Below the pieces are notes generated by a model. That model was not told the origin of the DNA. It made no database searches and was given only the letters and a program-made list of their open reading frames with translations. DNA of 64,000 nucleotides. Origin: Styela clava (lineage: Eukaryota). The stretch spans positions 21,390,001 through 21,454,000 of the forward strand of contig NC_135250.1 of the NCBI RefSeq assembly GCF_964204865.1, given 5' to 3'. Position 1 is the stretch's first letter. Every line of letters starts with the position of its first letter. This document shows, piece by piece, positions 13,701 through 25,599 of the stretch. The translations under genes were made by a program, and so were the position numbers.

Positions 13701-14768
13701 CCCAATAGTTTTGCATCATACCTTTCTTAGTCAAATTATACTGCGGTGAACCAAATGTTGCGTTTTTGAAATCTCCTCCACTCACGCCATCTGAATTAAC
13801 CCATCATTTCACATAAAAAAAATTAAAAGATCTTATGCTTAATGAGGAAAAATCTGAGTGGTAAGAAGGGCCACGCTAAATGGTTTGGCGGGCCTGGTTG
13901 TGGCACGCGGGTCGCCTGTTGCACACCTACTTATCTACAGCGTGCGGAATTTTTGAGTGATTTCTTCCCAATAGTTTTGCATCATACCTTTCTTAGTCAA
14001 ATTATACTGCGGTGAACCAAATGTTGCGTTTTTGAAATCTCCTCCACTCACGCCATCTGAATTAACCCATCATTTCACATAAAAAAATTAAAAAATAAAT
14101 TAGTGGTTTTAGGTGAGTAATTTATTTTTAAATTTGCCTCAGCGATTCCTCATATATCCCGAATCAATTCTTGGAGATCCCAGTGCGAAGTGATATGATA
14201 AACAATAGGTTTCTGGAACGCGTTTACATCTTAAACCAATGGACATTTGATAACGTTTACTGAAATCGAATTTGCACAACTTCACACTACATATAATTAT
14301 CGTGGGTTATTTAGAACTGACCTATTATTTTGACAACAAGAATGCGAAAGTTGGGTATTGTTGTCTCCTTGGCTTGCGACATAATTTACAAAGACTGAAA
14401 ATATAGTTTTACTTTATATAATATTGGTGTTATATAACAAAAAACAATAGAATCTTCAAAATAGTCGAATATCGCATATCTATATACAAGTGCTTCCTTG
14501 ATTAGCTGTCTTTTGCGTGGCTATATAAAATTTAAAGTCATACATGATCTCTCTTGTGGCATTGCTAATTCATTTGAGTTTGATGATATATTTGCTATTT
14601 GCCCTCTGTTTTGAAGCTCTATATGTTGACCATGTTCATTTTCTGATCCTATGTCAGAGATATGGCCCTCGTCCTCATCTGAAATAGGAAAATTGTAAAG
14701 ATAATGCAAATTTGGTTTATATTTACTCCAAGTGATGTTTACTAACCGGTGAAATGCGATTCCGACAT
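7740..14768 (-). CDS. Multi-exon gene: IRE1/RNase L-like Ser/Thr kinase domain fused to C-terminal Kelch repeats
   Basis: The kinase exon 12387-11542 contains IAIKFL, YIAMELC, HRDLKPENIL, KISDFGLSK, GTDGYRAPE and ADIFSYG..GRHAFG. Frame-consistent GT-AG exons follow: 11419-11334, 11258-11151, (one unresolved link), 10881-10793, 10641-10452, 10308-10159, 9958-9791, 9657-9513, 7985-7950 and 7896-7740 (stop, AATAAA just after). They encode Kelch motifs such as GCIYVVG..VEKYDPKIDKWTRVRDM, GFIYCFAG..VERYHAASDVWQNVSPM and IQLYDTVNDTW. The short upstream exons (putative ATG 14768; ~14677-14545; ~12927-12874; ~12776-12696) are less certain. Confidence 0.85.
8633..8781. mobile_element. Short insertion with 12-bp direct repeats and a terminal hairpin
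   Basis: Flanked by atacatattgaa at 8621-8632 and 8782-8793. It starts with a perfect 17-bp stem (8633-8672). The body is homologous to 31051-31171. Confidence 0.75.
8911..9000 (+). mobile_element. hAT/Charlie-like MITE end
   Basis: cagggtggtccaaacccgggcccgcgggccacatctggcccg is a typical Charlie-type terminus with GGCCCG subterminal repeats. The other end was not identified. Confidence 0.6.
13170..13665 (-). mobile_element. Deleted hAT (Charlie/SPIN-like) transposon with a transposase C-terminal remnant
   Basis: TIR-like ends caggggtgtacaac / gttgcacacctac. The minus-strand peptide FSKMNLTKSSCRNQLTDEHLTSQL matches the hAT dimerisation-domain pattern FSxMxxxKSxxRxxLTDxHL. Confidence 0.8.
13568..14093 (+). 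repeat. Near-perfect tandem duplication, ~266-bp period
   Basis: tatgcttaatgag.aaaaatctgagtggtaagaaggg ... catcatttcacataaaaaa occurs at 13568-13828 and again at 13834-14093. Confidence 0.95.
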
Positions 14769-16397
14769 ATCTTCTGTAGATTCAATTTTCTTCTTGCAAA
14801 ATTATATTAACAATCTGATCTTGAACAAAATAAAACCCTCAACTAAATTTCATCTTTTTGTTTTTCAAGTCGAAATCCACGCGCAAATGTTTACTGCACG
14901 ATACAATTAGCTACATGCCTTTAGGCAATTAAATCTTGTTAATCTCGTGCAAAAATCATCGCAACGTCGAAAAGTCGTCACTTCACTAAAGTGACTTCTT
15001 TTTCAATTTGTTTATCTATGATTCGTCCTTAATTTCTTGTAAAAATGCGCACTGTTGGAGTTTCAATATATAAAAAGTGAAGTGAAAAAAATTCTTTCAC
15101 AAACGACTCTAATACCATTCCTTGTATACATGTATTTCCTCATAATTGTATGTTATCTTAGCGCAATTACCTTGTTCGGTCACAATTAATCTTCACATGA
15201 CACTTTAGAATAGGTTGTCATAAGAATAAAGACAGAATTATTTGGCCCACAAAACGAGCGTGGGCCGGACAAAACCAACGTTGTTGGCCTTTTTTGTCAG
15301 AATATGCTGCTGGTCTATTTTTTTGGAAATCATTTTCGCAAAATGTAGTTCTGCTGAAACAAAATTTGACAAAATTGTAATGAGAATGTGAGAATAAGAT
15401 TCCAGGTTTCACGGTCAAAGACCGGATTTTGAGCATTAAGCTTGGTATCCAATAGAAATACGAAAAAAAGATAAAATGTCTTGAATTTCCGGGTCACTAT
15501 TGATATACAAAATACGCAGCTGTCTCAATTAGGAGATTCAACCATTTAAAACAAGAGAGCAATGGTTAAATGTAAAGACACGAAAGCCATGGACATTTCC
15601 CCGAGCATCGACTTCCTTGTTTACTACATGACATTGGCTAATCAGCAAGATGCAAAAAGTGACGTAACAATGCTCCCTTTTCGCATCCGCTCAGACACTT
15701 TTCTCACTCAGACAGATTTTCCAGCGTGGTCGTAAACATTACCTCGTTTTCCCGTTTTTGAACTCTATTCGTTAGTTTTCAGTTGTGTTTAGGAAACTTA
15801 AATATAAATCAGATAATTCAATGATCACTCTGTCTTTCTAGGATTTTTAATTTATTTGCAGTAATAAAAAATTTGTGTAGAAATAACTGTGATAGACTAG
15901 GCTGAAATTCTCTACCGTTGCTTTCAAAAAACAGATTGTTGTATGCGATGAATCATAATGATCGTTTGAAACACATACCCCATTTTACAGGCGCAAAATC
16001 GCAAAAGCACTCCTAAAATAGCCCCGAAAATTTTGCAATGGTAAAGTATAGGAAGAATTTTTCGAGGTCAAAGGTCGGGGAAAAGTCCATAACCAAGTTG
16101 TTTATCTTACTTAGTGTACAGTGCGTTTCTGGTATCAACTAAACTTTGACTTTCGCGTAGCACGAGTTCGCAAAATAAAAGCGGAAGACAGCCGTCACGC
16201 TTGGCGGATTAAAAACCGTGTTCCCACAGTAAAAAAATAAGCAAAATTGTGAATGAAATATTAGATTCATCAAATATTTAGGACTGAATAAAAGTAATAG
16301 CCTTTTATCGACTTCAAGAATCTTTAATCACTGAAAAATTCAAAAAACAAAATAAACAATCTTAACATCTGCGAGCTTGGGTTTTTGAGTTTTTTTT

Positions 16398-19200
16398 TCA
16401 TTCTATTAAATAATCCAAAAAAAAAAACGTACTGCACGGATCATATGCTCTGGCTGCGAGGGTGTTCCATGCCTGACCATAGTACGCTATAGGGTAAACG
16501 TTTTTGAATGGTGGTTCTTCCCCCTCTTTTGTTTGAAACATGACAGCGCCAAACCCATTCTCTGAAGCATTCGTTTCGACATACAAAGGAAGCCTTTGGT
16601 CTACGACTCTATACATAATATAATATTTTCGTATTATTCAGTTGGCGTCGTGCGATCTTGTAGTCTTCAAGTAATTCTCTAGTCTATATTACTGGCGTGA
16701 CTCAGGCTCTTGTGGCAGGTACGTTTCCTGTTAGGGCGTCAAACTTTGCTTGTTTCAGGCTTAGTTTCCGAATATGATCTGCTATATAACTCAGAGCACC
16801 GATCCATCCTCTAAGTTGGTATATATTTCGTGGCGGCGTGAGTTCTTGTAACGCCCTCAGTCCTTCCAGTTGAATCTATTTTTTTTCCACTTAAGGTCGC
16901 GCCTAGAAGGTTGATTCGTGATACTCTCTTATTGATGCTTTCGATTTGCGGTCAATTTCATTTTTGCCAATTGTTCGAAGGTCATTTGGAGCAACATTAG
17001 GTGGTCCTCAACTGTTTTAGTGCTAAGGAAAATGTCGTCTATGTATGCCTCTATCGGCGACGCCTTTGCCTTTTCCAGTCGGTTATTGTTAGTCATCTGT
17101 TCCCGGTATGTCCTTGTTGTGGGTTTCACCACACACTCTTGCATGATAGCCGACCATAACGCAACGGCAGTTTTGAGTCACATCGGCATTTTGCGTCAAC
17201 GTATGTGTAATCCTTTCACTGCTATTCCAAGAAAGGTTTTAGACTCTTCGGTCACATCACAATGAAAATAAGCTTTCTTGAGGTCGAGAAACGTGAATAC
17301 TTCTATTCCCTGCGCCATTTGCTTTACATCGGGTATTAAGTGAGGCGGAATCTCGATCGTTTTCATCGCCGCATTTAAGGGTTGAAGGTTTTGCACAACC
17401 CTCCAGGATTGCTGTCAGCCCTCCTCTTGCTTTTGCCGTTAATTCATCTTTTGAGGCACCACGAATATTGCCAGTTCCCATTCCGCGAACCCCGTCTCTA
17501 ATACTCCGAGGGCCTGTGTACCTACTCCTATATTTCATCCTGAATTATGGTGCTATCGGGCGTTTTTAATCCGGGTGGGGTATATAACACTTTTGCGGGA
17601 CCTCCAGAAGTATGCGCACCAAGATAGCGCACAACCTGAACATAGGTTAGGATTCAGGTTGAGCGACATCTTGGTGCGCATACTTCTGTAGCACCCTTTT
17701 GTGAGTGCTTCTGCTTCGTCGCTAAGTCTCTGTAATTCTTCCCTTACTTCCATCGAAGTTCCTTCCTGTAACCTGTACCGAAGTACCTTCATGTATGTGA
17801 CGGATGATTTACCTGCATTCTGTGCGTCATTCCGGAATTCCAAGGTTTGGCCCTCTCTAGGGCTGGGACTCTATCCTCCGGATCTGGTCCCCCTTTTGTG
17901 TGCTTGAATGTCTAGTCTTTCGAACTCTATTCTTGACCAGAGGTATTGGGCAACTTTAAATACAACTCTGTACTTCTCCCCTCCCTGTAGGCTCCTGGCA
18001 AATGGTCGTCACCCTCTGATTCTCCCACGGCCATTACCAAATTACTTATACACGACGACGGGTCATTCATTTCTGTCCTTATCAACAGCAGCGCTTGTAC
18101 TTGTTCTAACAAGCCAAGGCCGATTATATTCAGTAGTATTCCCTTACCTATAGCGAGATAAATCTCTAGCCCATCTATTTCAATTGTCATCAACGAATTT
18201 ACCTGGCATGTGCCACCTATGCCTATTACCACCCACTCGCCATCGTCATTTTTTGCCAGTATCATACCGGTTGTTCAGAGTATCGCTTTAGCCAGGCAGT
18301 TAGTCGCGATGTGCTCAGAAGCCTTGCACAGGTAGCACACTGATAGTGATTGACCGTTACGTGGTGGGATGTACAGCCCAAGCGGTGCAAAGATGTTTGG
18401 CTGAGCCAAAAAATCATAACGCTCACCTACGCGGTTGGCTATCAAGGAGGCTTCCTGTACACTGCTTGGAGTTGTCTCCTGCTGACTCAACAATTGAGGT
18501 GGCGTTCTCAGTACTGGGTGTGGTCGTTGTTGTAGTCTGGGTGGTATCAGCGGCACCGTAGCACCTCTTTTCGCAGGTCTTCCCTTCCCTGCCTTTTGAA
18601 ATCGAGAAGAAGGCTTTTCTCATGTCTTTGGTCCTTCTTAAGCTTGTCGATGCAGACGATTTCTTGTCGGCTGAGGCGGGTCCCTTCTATTCCCGAATGC
18701 CTGCCCACTTGTGCTACGACGAGATTCCCCCATACTGTTCGCCAATCGTTCATCCTGGACGTTCCTAAGAAAGTAAGGGTACGAGTGTAACGATTCAGCT
18801 TCGAGTGTAACTATGGCAAAAGAAGGCTGCTGCGGATGCTGAGTGTACGTATGTCACCGGTGGAGGCGTGCAAGTGGGTGGGGCGGTTGGCGTCGCTGAC
18901 ATTACAGCATGGGTGGAGGAGCTCCAATATCTCCCGTTTCTGTCGGTCGCTTTGACCGATTGCTGATCTGAAAATTCCAAATTTCAGAACTCTTGCAATT
19001 CCTTTGTTACATCACCCCATGTGTCCTGCTCGTGGCCTTGCATTACCAGCCTGAGGGATTCTGGTAATCTTGATCGGAGATTACGGGAAAGTCTAATTTC
19101 ATCTGGGTCTTTCCTGATTACGTCCTCTAGTTGTATAGTTGGCGCAGTGCCCTTTGTATCCCAATCAAGGGTCTCTTTCTTCAACTGTAACTGTTTGCAA
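16398..19200 (-). mobile_element. Degenerate Ty3/Gypsy-like retroelement internal region (gag with CCHC knuckle, protease-like segment, RT, RNase H); integrase not seen
   Basis: Zinc knuckle CYLCKASEHIATNC (~18295-18336). RT motifs WRVVQNLQPLN, FTFLDLKKAYFH, KMPM and AYIDDIFL. Thumb region PPRNIYQLRGWIGALSY. RNase H LYVETNASENGFGAVMFQ..YPIAYYG. Many stops and frameshifts; GC content is higher than the flanks. Confidence 0.9.
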
Positions 19201-19209
19201 AGTTATTGA

Positions 19210-19330
19210 TAGAGATGCCACTTTTGGATTTCCAAATCGGATCGATTTGAATTGAATCTTTTCCGAATCGATTCGAATCAGATTTATGCGATTCGGAAAA
19301 AGACAGCGATTTACCGAGAAAAAAAAAACA
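19210..19330 (+). mobile_element. hAT-like MITE terminus inserted 5' of or within gag
   Basis: tagagatgcca terminus followed by clustered gattcg/cgaatc subterminal repeats. The partner TIR was not found. Confidence 0.5.
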
Positions 19331-20151
19331 TTGAACGTTTGTTAATCGTTGTTTTCGGCGGCATTAAAACTATTGAATGCGTTTATGCGGAACTCCAAAT
19401 AACACCAAATTACGGGATAAAAATGAAAATGAATTTTTCGTGATTGAATTTTTACTGATCTGCCGTCATTTGTTTCAAGTTCAGCACAACACACTCTTTT
19501 ACGTATCACTCGAGATGATGTGTGGCGTAATTTCCATCAAACTGCGAGTTCAGTTTTCCACTGAATAGCCTGACTAAAACTGAAGTTTTATTATGCGCTA
19601 ATTTAAATGGATCGTATACCTGAAAATCTGTGACAACCTTGATGAGAATTTTCCACAGCACACCTGAGTAGTATATTAGGTTGTTTACGTTTCCTAAAAT
19701 AGAGCCTCCCAGAGGCTCTTAGAGCCTCCCAGAGCCTCTTGTCCATGAACGAATTCACAGAGACTGGTCCTACATGTCCACCTTTTCGGTCAGGTATTAG
19801 AGTATTCGCGTAGAGGGTCAGGGGTGTTTCTCTCTCTCGATAAGACCTTGACATGAGGGAAGATTGGGAAAAAGAAAAATCACGGTATGGTTTAATTTTC
19901 GCCCTTTAATCGATAAGACTTGTTTAAACGGGTGCTCTCTTTATTACCAACTGAACTGAAGAGAGAGAGAAATCTAACTGATTAATCTGGCGAATATATA
20001 AAAAATATTGAACAGGTTTGTAAGTGATTATATTAAAGTATATGAACAATAGAAAACACATTATCACAGAGAGGCACAAACACACATGTAAAAGTTTACA
20101 GGCACAGTAATATATTTAAAAATAAAAGTAAATTGTAAATATTAAAAACGC

Positions 20152-20508
20152 TCATCCCGGAGATTTATATACATTCCAAACCAACATGTTGTCGATACAA
20201 TATAATCCAAATACTCCTGCTTGCAGGTCACTATGTACATGATAAATTTGTGTACGGCGTGTACCACCGGAAGCCTTTCACTTCTCCCCATATTTCTTAA
20301 ATCTGCAAAAGATATGGACAAGAAATCTTTTCAGAGTCGGGATTGTCTCGAACCCATCTGTCCACTCGTAAAACTCCAACGCCTGTAAAAAAAAAACATT
20401 ACGTAAATCATATTTATTGAAAGAACTTTTAAATTATGTTATATATATTTTATTTAAACTTACTTTCAGTATAGCTTCTGTGTAGCTAGGAATTTGTGGT
20501 TTGTTCAT
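20152..20508 (-). pseudogene. Small two-exon orphan gene (~91 aa) of the pPolB cassette, with one premature stop
   Basis: Exon 20508-20464 (MNKPQIPSYTEAILK), an 81-bp GTAAGT..TTTTACAG intron, and exon 20382-20152 (ALEFYEWTDGFETIPTLKRFLVHIFCRFKKYGEK*KASGGTRRTQIYHVHSDLQAGVFGLYCIDNMLVWNVYKSPG*). The phases are consistent. Confidence 0.6.
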
Positions 20509-20784
20509 TTTAATGGATTTATAGAATTAAAAGATTATAATATGAACTGTAAAAATAACAGAACAGAAATTAGGATAAAATAAAAGCACGTAAATGAAAT
20601 GGGAAAGATAACATAATAAAAAGTAAATATAAAGAGTAGTTTAAGAAAATATGTATGAAAAGGTCGGGTAAAGAAAACTTGGCTGTGAAGTAGAAACAAA
20701 CAAAAACCAAAAAAATAGACAAAATTATATTATCTGATATGTACTTTTAAAGAACACTTTATGAAATGTATAAACATGGTGTAA

Positions 20785-23700
20785 CTAAATTAATGAAGGG
20801 CTGGTAGAAATTCCATCACTATGAACTTTTCTCTTCGCGTAAAAGTAAGGCAACCCATTTCGGTATTGTTTATAAGTGTACATTTTATTTTTATAAAGTT
20901 TAAAGTTAACGTTAAACCCACCAGCTGGCTTTTTAGAGAAGAGAACGTTTCGCATTTTATTAAACGTTATATTCTGATGAATATTTTGTTAACCTTTTGT
21001 GGCGAATTTGAAGGTGTTATCACCTTGACAAAAATATGTTTTTGCACAAAGTCCAACAAACGTTTCGCCGGAAAATTCAACTTTGAAAAGTCCCGGTGTT
21101 CGTTTACCAAACTTAAACTGTTTTATACAACATTCACGCGTATCGTCAAATGGTAATAAGTTGGTTTTATTAAAAATGAACTCGTTACGATGAGTTTCAC
21201 ATGATTTAGAGGGGAACCATTTATGATAATTATTATAAAATTCTTCTCGCATATCTGGTTTTACTAACGTTTCTAAATTTTCATTAGAAATAGCTATGTA
21301 CGCTGAGTCCGTATCCATACGAAGGTATTGATAGTCAGAACGATCAGAGTATTTGTCAAAAAAGTCATATTTCAGTTCTAGCATGCGTAACTTCGCGTTT
21401 TGGTACACTACGAATCCAATTTGATTAGGTAATTTCCATGAAATCTGTTTACTTCTTGAATTCACTTCAAATAAGTCGTCATCGAGCTAAGTCGCGCCAA
21501 CAAATGAAGGGTCATTGATTAAGTCTCGTGCTTGTTTACCATCACAATATGTTATGGTCCTGTAGTTGGCGACATTTTCTAACGTCTTTCCATATGAGGA
21601 GTTTCCTGTGAAAAGAAAAATGAAAGTAAATAATAAAAAAAAGGTTTTATAATATGTTTAGACATAAACACCTGTGAAACATGTAAAGATTTACGTGATA
21701 TTATGAGTTGAACGGTGTTATTAAAATTGTGATGAAATAAAACTTACCAAGTAACTTGTATGTATCAGCTAATATTGCTTTTTCTGGTGATGTATCTCCT
21801 TCCCTTCTAGCCGCGGAAACTTCATCACGAAAAGGAGCCAAACATGCTTTAGGTTCATACTCGATAAATTGATATATGTGGGTAATTTGAATTCCATGGT
21901 CGATATACCATCGAACGAGATCAGTCGCTAGAAGAATTTTATTACCAACGTAACTTCCTATGAGTGAACGTCTCGGTTGAGACATTATTTTGTTATTAAC
22001 AGCGTATTGTCCCATATGTTCACCGATATCTTCTCGAGACACTAAAATATTTTTGAAAATAGGAGGCATTTCCGCATAATACTCTTTAAGAGCGTCGGGT
22101 ACTTGAATGTCACACTGGATAGGATAAGACCAAATAGTTTACCTTTCTGAATTGCGTTTATCATTTGTTGCGTTGAAAGTGTGTAACTTTTGAAAAATTC
22201 GGTTGCCTTGATTTAAGAAATGATTTTACCGGTTCTGTTTTGGTAATTTCGTTCCACTCACATTCACGTATTATCACAACTTTATATCCGAGAGTTTGAA
22301 AATGACGTGTGTTTAAGGCTGTGTTTTGCCGTAATTCTTCAGCGTTTTTACCTGGGAAAGTTTCACTTTTACCAATATGACAATTGTGACCGTGAAACAG
22401 ACAACCGTGAAATTGATATATTGTGGCATAATTTGAAGTTATTGAAAAGCCATCAACGGGTAAATTACGCATACCAATTCTTTTTTCAGAGCTATTGAGT
22501 CCGTGTTGAATTTTAATGTTTTGTGAATAACTAACCCAGTCTAACCATGAACAAGCTTTTGAAATATTAGGTGCAGTTTTGGATTTTTTTAAATGATTAT
22601 TCCCGTCAGATTTCCGTCTCACAAGAAATCCGGTTGGAAGTTTTTCACCGATAGCCATTAAGAATAAAGCGTTTGCATCTAATCCTAATACCGACTCACA
22701 TGTTTGAGCGGATTCATCATTATAATCACCACGTATTTTTGTCACACCCGCCTCGTGATACCGATAAAATATCTGTGCCGGTCCACCTACTAAATTAGAA
22801 CGTATCAGTTTATGTATATCGGAATTTTGCTCGTTTGGAACAGTGAAAACAGCGTTTAAGTTTCGAAACGTGACTTGAAGGGTTAACCCCGGTACAGATA
22901 TAGGTACTTTAAACATGTCAATTTGTGTTTTAGCTTTATAAATATCAAATTGTTTTGCAATTGCATCGAGGAAAGGTGTTACATCCTGTGTATTGTAATA
23001 AATGAGATAATCTCTTAATGATTTCATATTACGTTCCCGCCAAACAGTTTTACACTGTTCATATTCAGCCTCAGTAATATTTTTATTTTTCAAATTACTG
23101 AAAAAAGCTGAATGAGGTGGTAACTGTTTATCTTCTAATTTTTTTAAATCATCAATGTACTCATAAGGGAAAAGCCTTTTAGAGACGTTTAATGAAAACG
23201 CCTTAAGAAATTTATCATAGGTATAACCGGGTGCTAAATAATTCATAATATCTAAAAATCTGAATTTTTCAGTTTGTAAAGACATAAATTTATTTCCTTT
23301 TTTTAATGAAAAAATTTTGGAATTTTGTGATTTGAAAAATTTTATCAGATACGGTTTAATTACATTAATATCATATTTCTCGGTTATAACCGAGAATTAT
23401 AATTTGCTTCATAAATTTAATTAACATACTCTTTATTATATTTAAGCCATGTTTTCTGGGTGAAGGGCTTGAATTGATAGAGTGTTTAGAAGCGAAATCT
23501 CTCTCGCGTTGCAGTAAATCCTGTAGTTTTTCATTAATTTGTATAATATAAGGTTCAAATTCAGAAAAAAACAGTTTATATGCGTTTTTTTGAATATTAT
23601 CAATATATTTCATCATTTGAAATATTGATTGTTCTGGATCACCTTCGGTTATGAAACATTTAGCATCCGTGAATCCAGGGACATCGGAATTTATTGCAAC

Positions 23701-25513
23701 GCTAAGAGGGACATGCTCTTTGAGGTATTTGGTGCATTTAGTATCTTCAATTTTATTTGTTACGGGGAAATAACACTCAAAATCAAAAGTTACTCGAATA
23801 GGGTAATATTGTTGATTTAAGGGGATATTAATATTAAAATCTTCAAGACTTTCAAAAACGTTTTTTTGATTTTCATAAACACCACTTATAAATTTTTCTT
23901 TTTGTTGAAGAGAGCAATTACTTGAATGTCTATTTAATTTTCACAAACAATGCCATAACTTTTGACAGGTTTCGCATTGATAATTTTTTGCATAAATGAA
24001 ATAAAAAAAAAATTATTTGAAACAGAATACACGAGTTGGTACAGAAAATTGGAAAGTGTTAAAAACTTACCCTTTAATATCAGTGATGTAACTGAAATGA
24101 TTCTGGTAAAGGTTGACATTGAGAGTATCATCTGAGATTGTAAATTGACTTCTTCGAATCACAATGGCAGTATCAGAGTTTATTAATGGGAACACGTTGA
24201 CACAAACTTGAGAGCAGTCTTCTATTTTAGTCCAGTATTGAAAATCCTTCACTTGGGTCATTTCCCGTGAATTGTGCAAAACGTTGAGCGGCTACCACAG
24301 TGTCGTTCACAAAATTGTTTTTAGAGGGGTCTCGTAAAATTGCTAGGCAGCGAAACATACACAAATTATCCGTGTATGGAATAGTTTTATAACTATTAAG
24401 ACTGAAACAAATTTTGAATTTTTAATGAAGTCTGGTAAACTGACTGAGCAACCGATAAGGTTAAAATTCGTTTTGTTAACGATAAAACAAATGTTTGTTA
24501 CTGACTCAACTTTATCAGAACTTGTAGGTTTTTGGCGTCTTGCCCAGTCTAAACCCATAGTCGTATCGACAAAGTCCATGAATTTTAAAAATTCGCGTTC
24601 AGAAGTTATTATTTGAAGTTCTATGATGGCACCCTCATTTGGGGACGGATGGAAATATCTGAATTGATTTTCAGTGTCAAGGGAAGAGTTTTTCAAAATA
24701 TACCCGAATGAATAACTGATTTTAAATGAAGAGGTTTGACCATCAAATATTGCCCGGAAACTGTCTGTTGCGTTTTCAAAACCAGAGTTTAATAAACGGA
24801 AATTGTAAAAGTCTTGTGTGGTGTTGCCTGTTGAATACTGAGTTTAAATGGAAGCTCAGTGACGTCTGTACACATCTGCGACATGCCGACTCAAAGTTTC
24901 ACATACCTCATCAATATTTTCAGAATTAAAAGTGGTATACTTTTTACGTTTTTTAGTTTCACGTTTTTCAGTAGGTGAACAACGTTTTCTGGAGAACTTC
25001 TCTATTGATACGGTGACACATCGATCTTCTATTGCTGATGAGGGGTTTTTCTGATTTTCTCTCTTTTTAGCGTCAGTTTGAAGTTGGAAAGATGAAGCAT
25101 TTAAATTCTTTTCAGTACACTGATATTCTGATTGTTGGATGCGTAAATCAATAGATTCTGAGACGGGTGCAATCAATGAGTTTTTCTTTATACGTTTACT
25201 TTTTGCTTGTTCAGCTTTTCGCGACGTTTTACTCAAGCTATGAGGTTCAGTGAATGATCTTGTTAATGTCTGATTTCTTACATTGTGAGATTCATTACCT
25301 GATTTAGGCGAAGAGATTTGTGCAGTGTTCAAAGTTTTTTGTCTTTGTCTCTTCCATTTTGATATGTCTCTTGAGATTATCTTTTCTTGAAAACGTTTCC
25401 CCACATTTATGACATTCATATCGTCTCTTTATGTGTACCGTCTTCTGATGTCTTGACAAAATCGCTTTGGTTGAGAACCGTTTCGAGCATATTTCACAAG
25501 TATAACTAGTCAT
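20785..25513 (-). pseudogene. Protein-primed family-B DNA polymerase (Polinton/adintovirus-type pPolB) with N-terminal C2H2 fingers, a VSR-like nuclease insert and two introns; frameshifted
   Basis: Two C2H2 fingers (YTCEICSKRF..RHQKTVH; YECHKCGETFSRKDNLKRH). Exonuclease motifs ExoI VTFDFEC, ExoII ILGYN, FRFLD, LFPYEY and ExoIII YNTQDV. Motif A LGLDANAL; VDGF..YQFHGCLFHGH; motif B KLLG^NSSYGK; motif C MDTDS; KRTPGLFKVE..GLCAKTY; C-terminal KRKVHSDGISTSP. Introns at 21747-21606 and 24070-23996. Confidence 0.92.
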
Positions 25514-25599
25514 AATTCTAATATTAACTATAATCTAAAGCAAAAACAAAAAACACATATTACAAAACACAGTAAAAATGAATATTTATATGAATGTAA

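Noticed and set aside
16330-16432. Possible intron in the Gypsy RNase H (GTACGT donor followed by T-rich sequence)
   Set aside because: No downstream acceptor restores the expected RNase H continuation in frame; treated as a truncation point.
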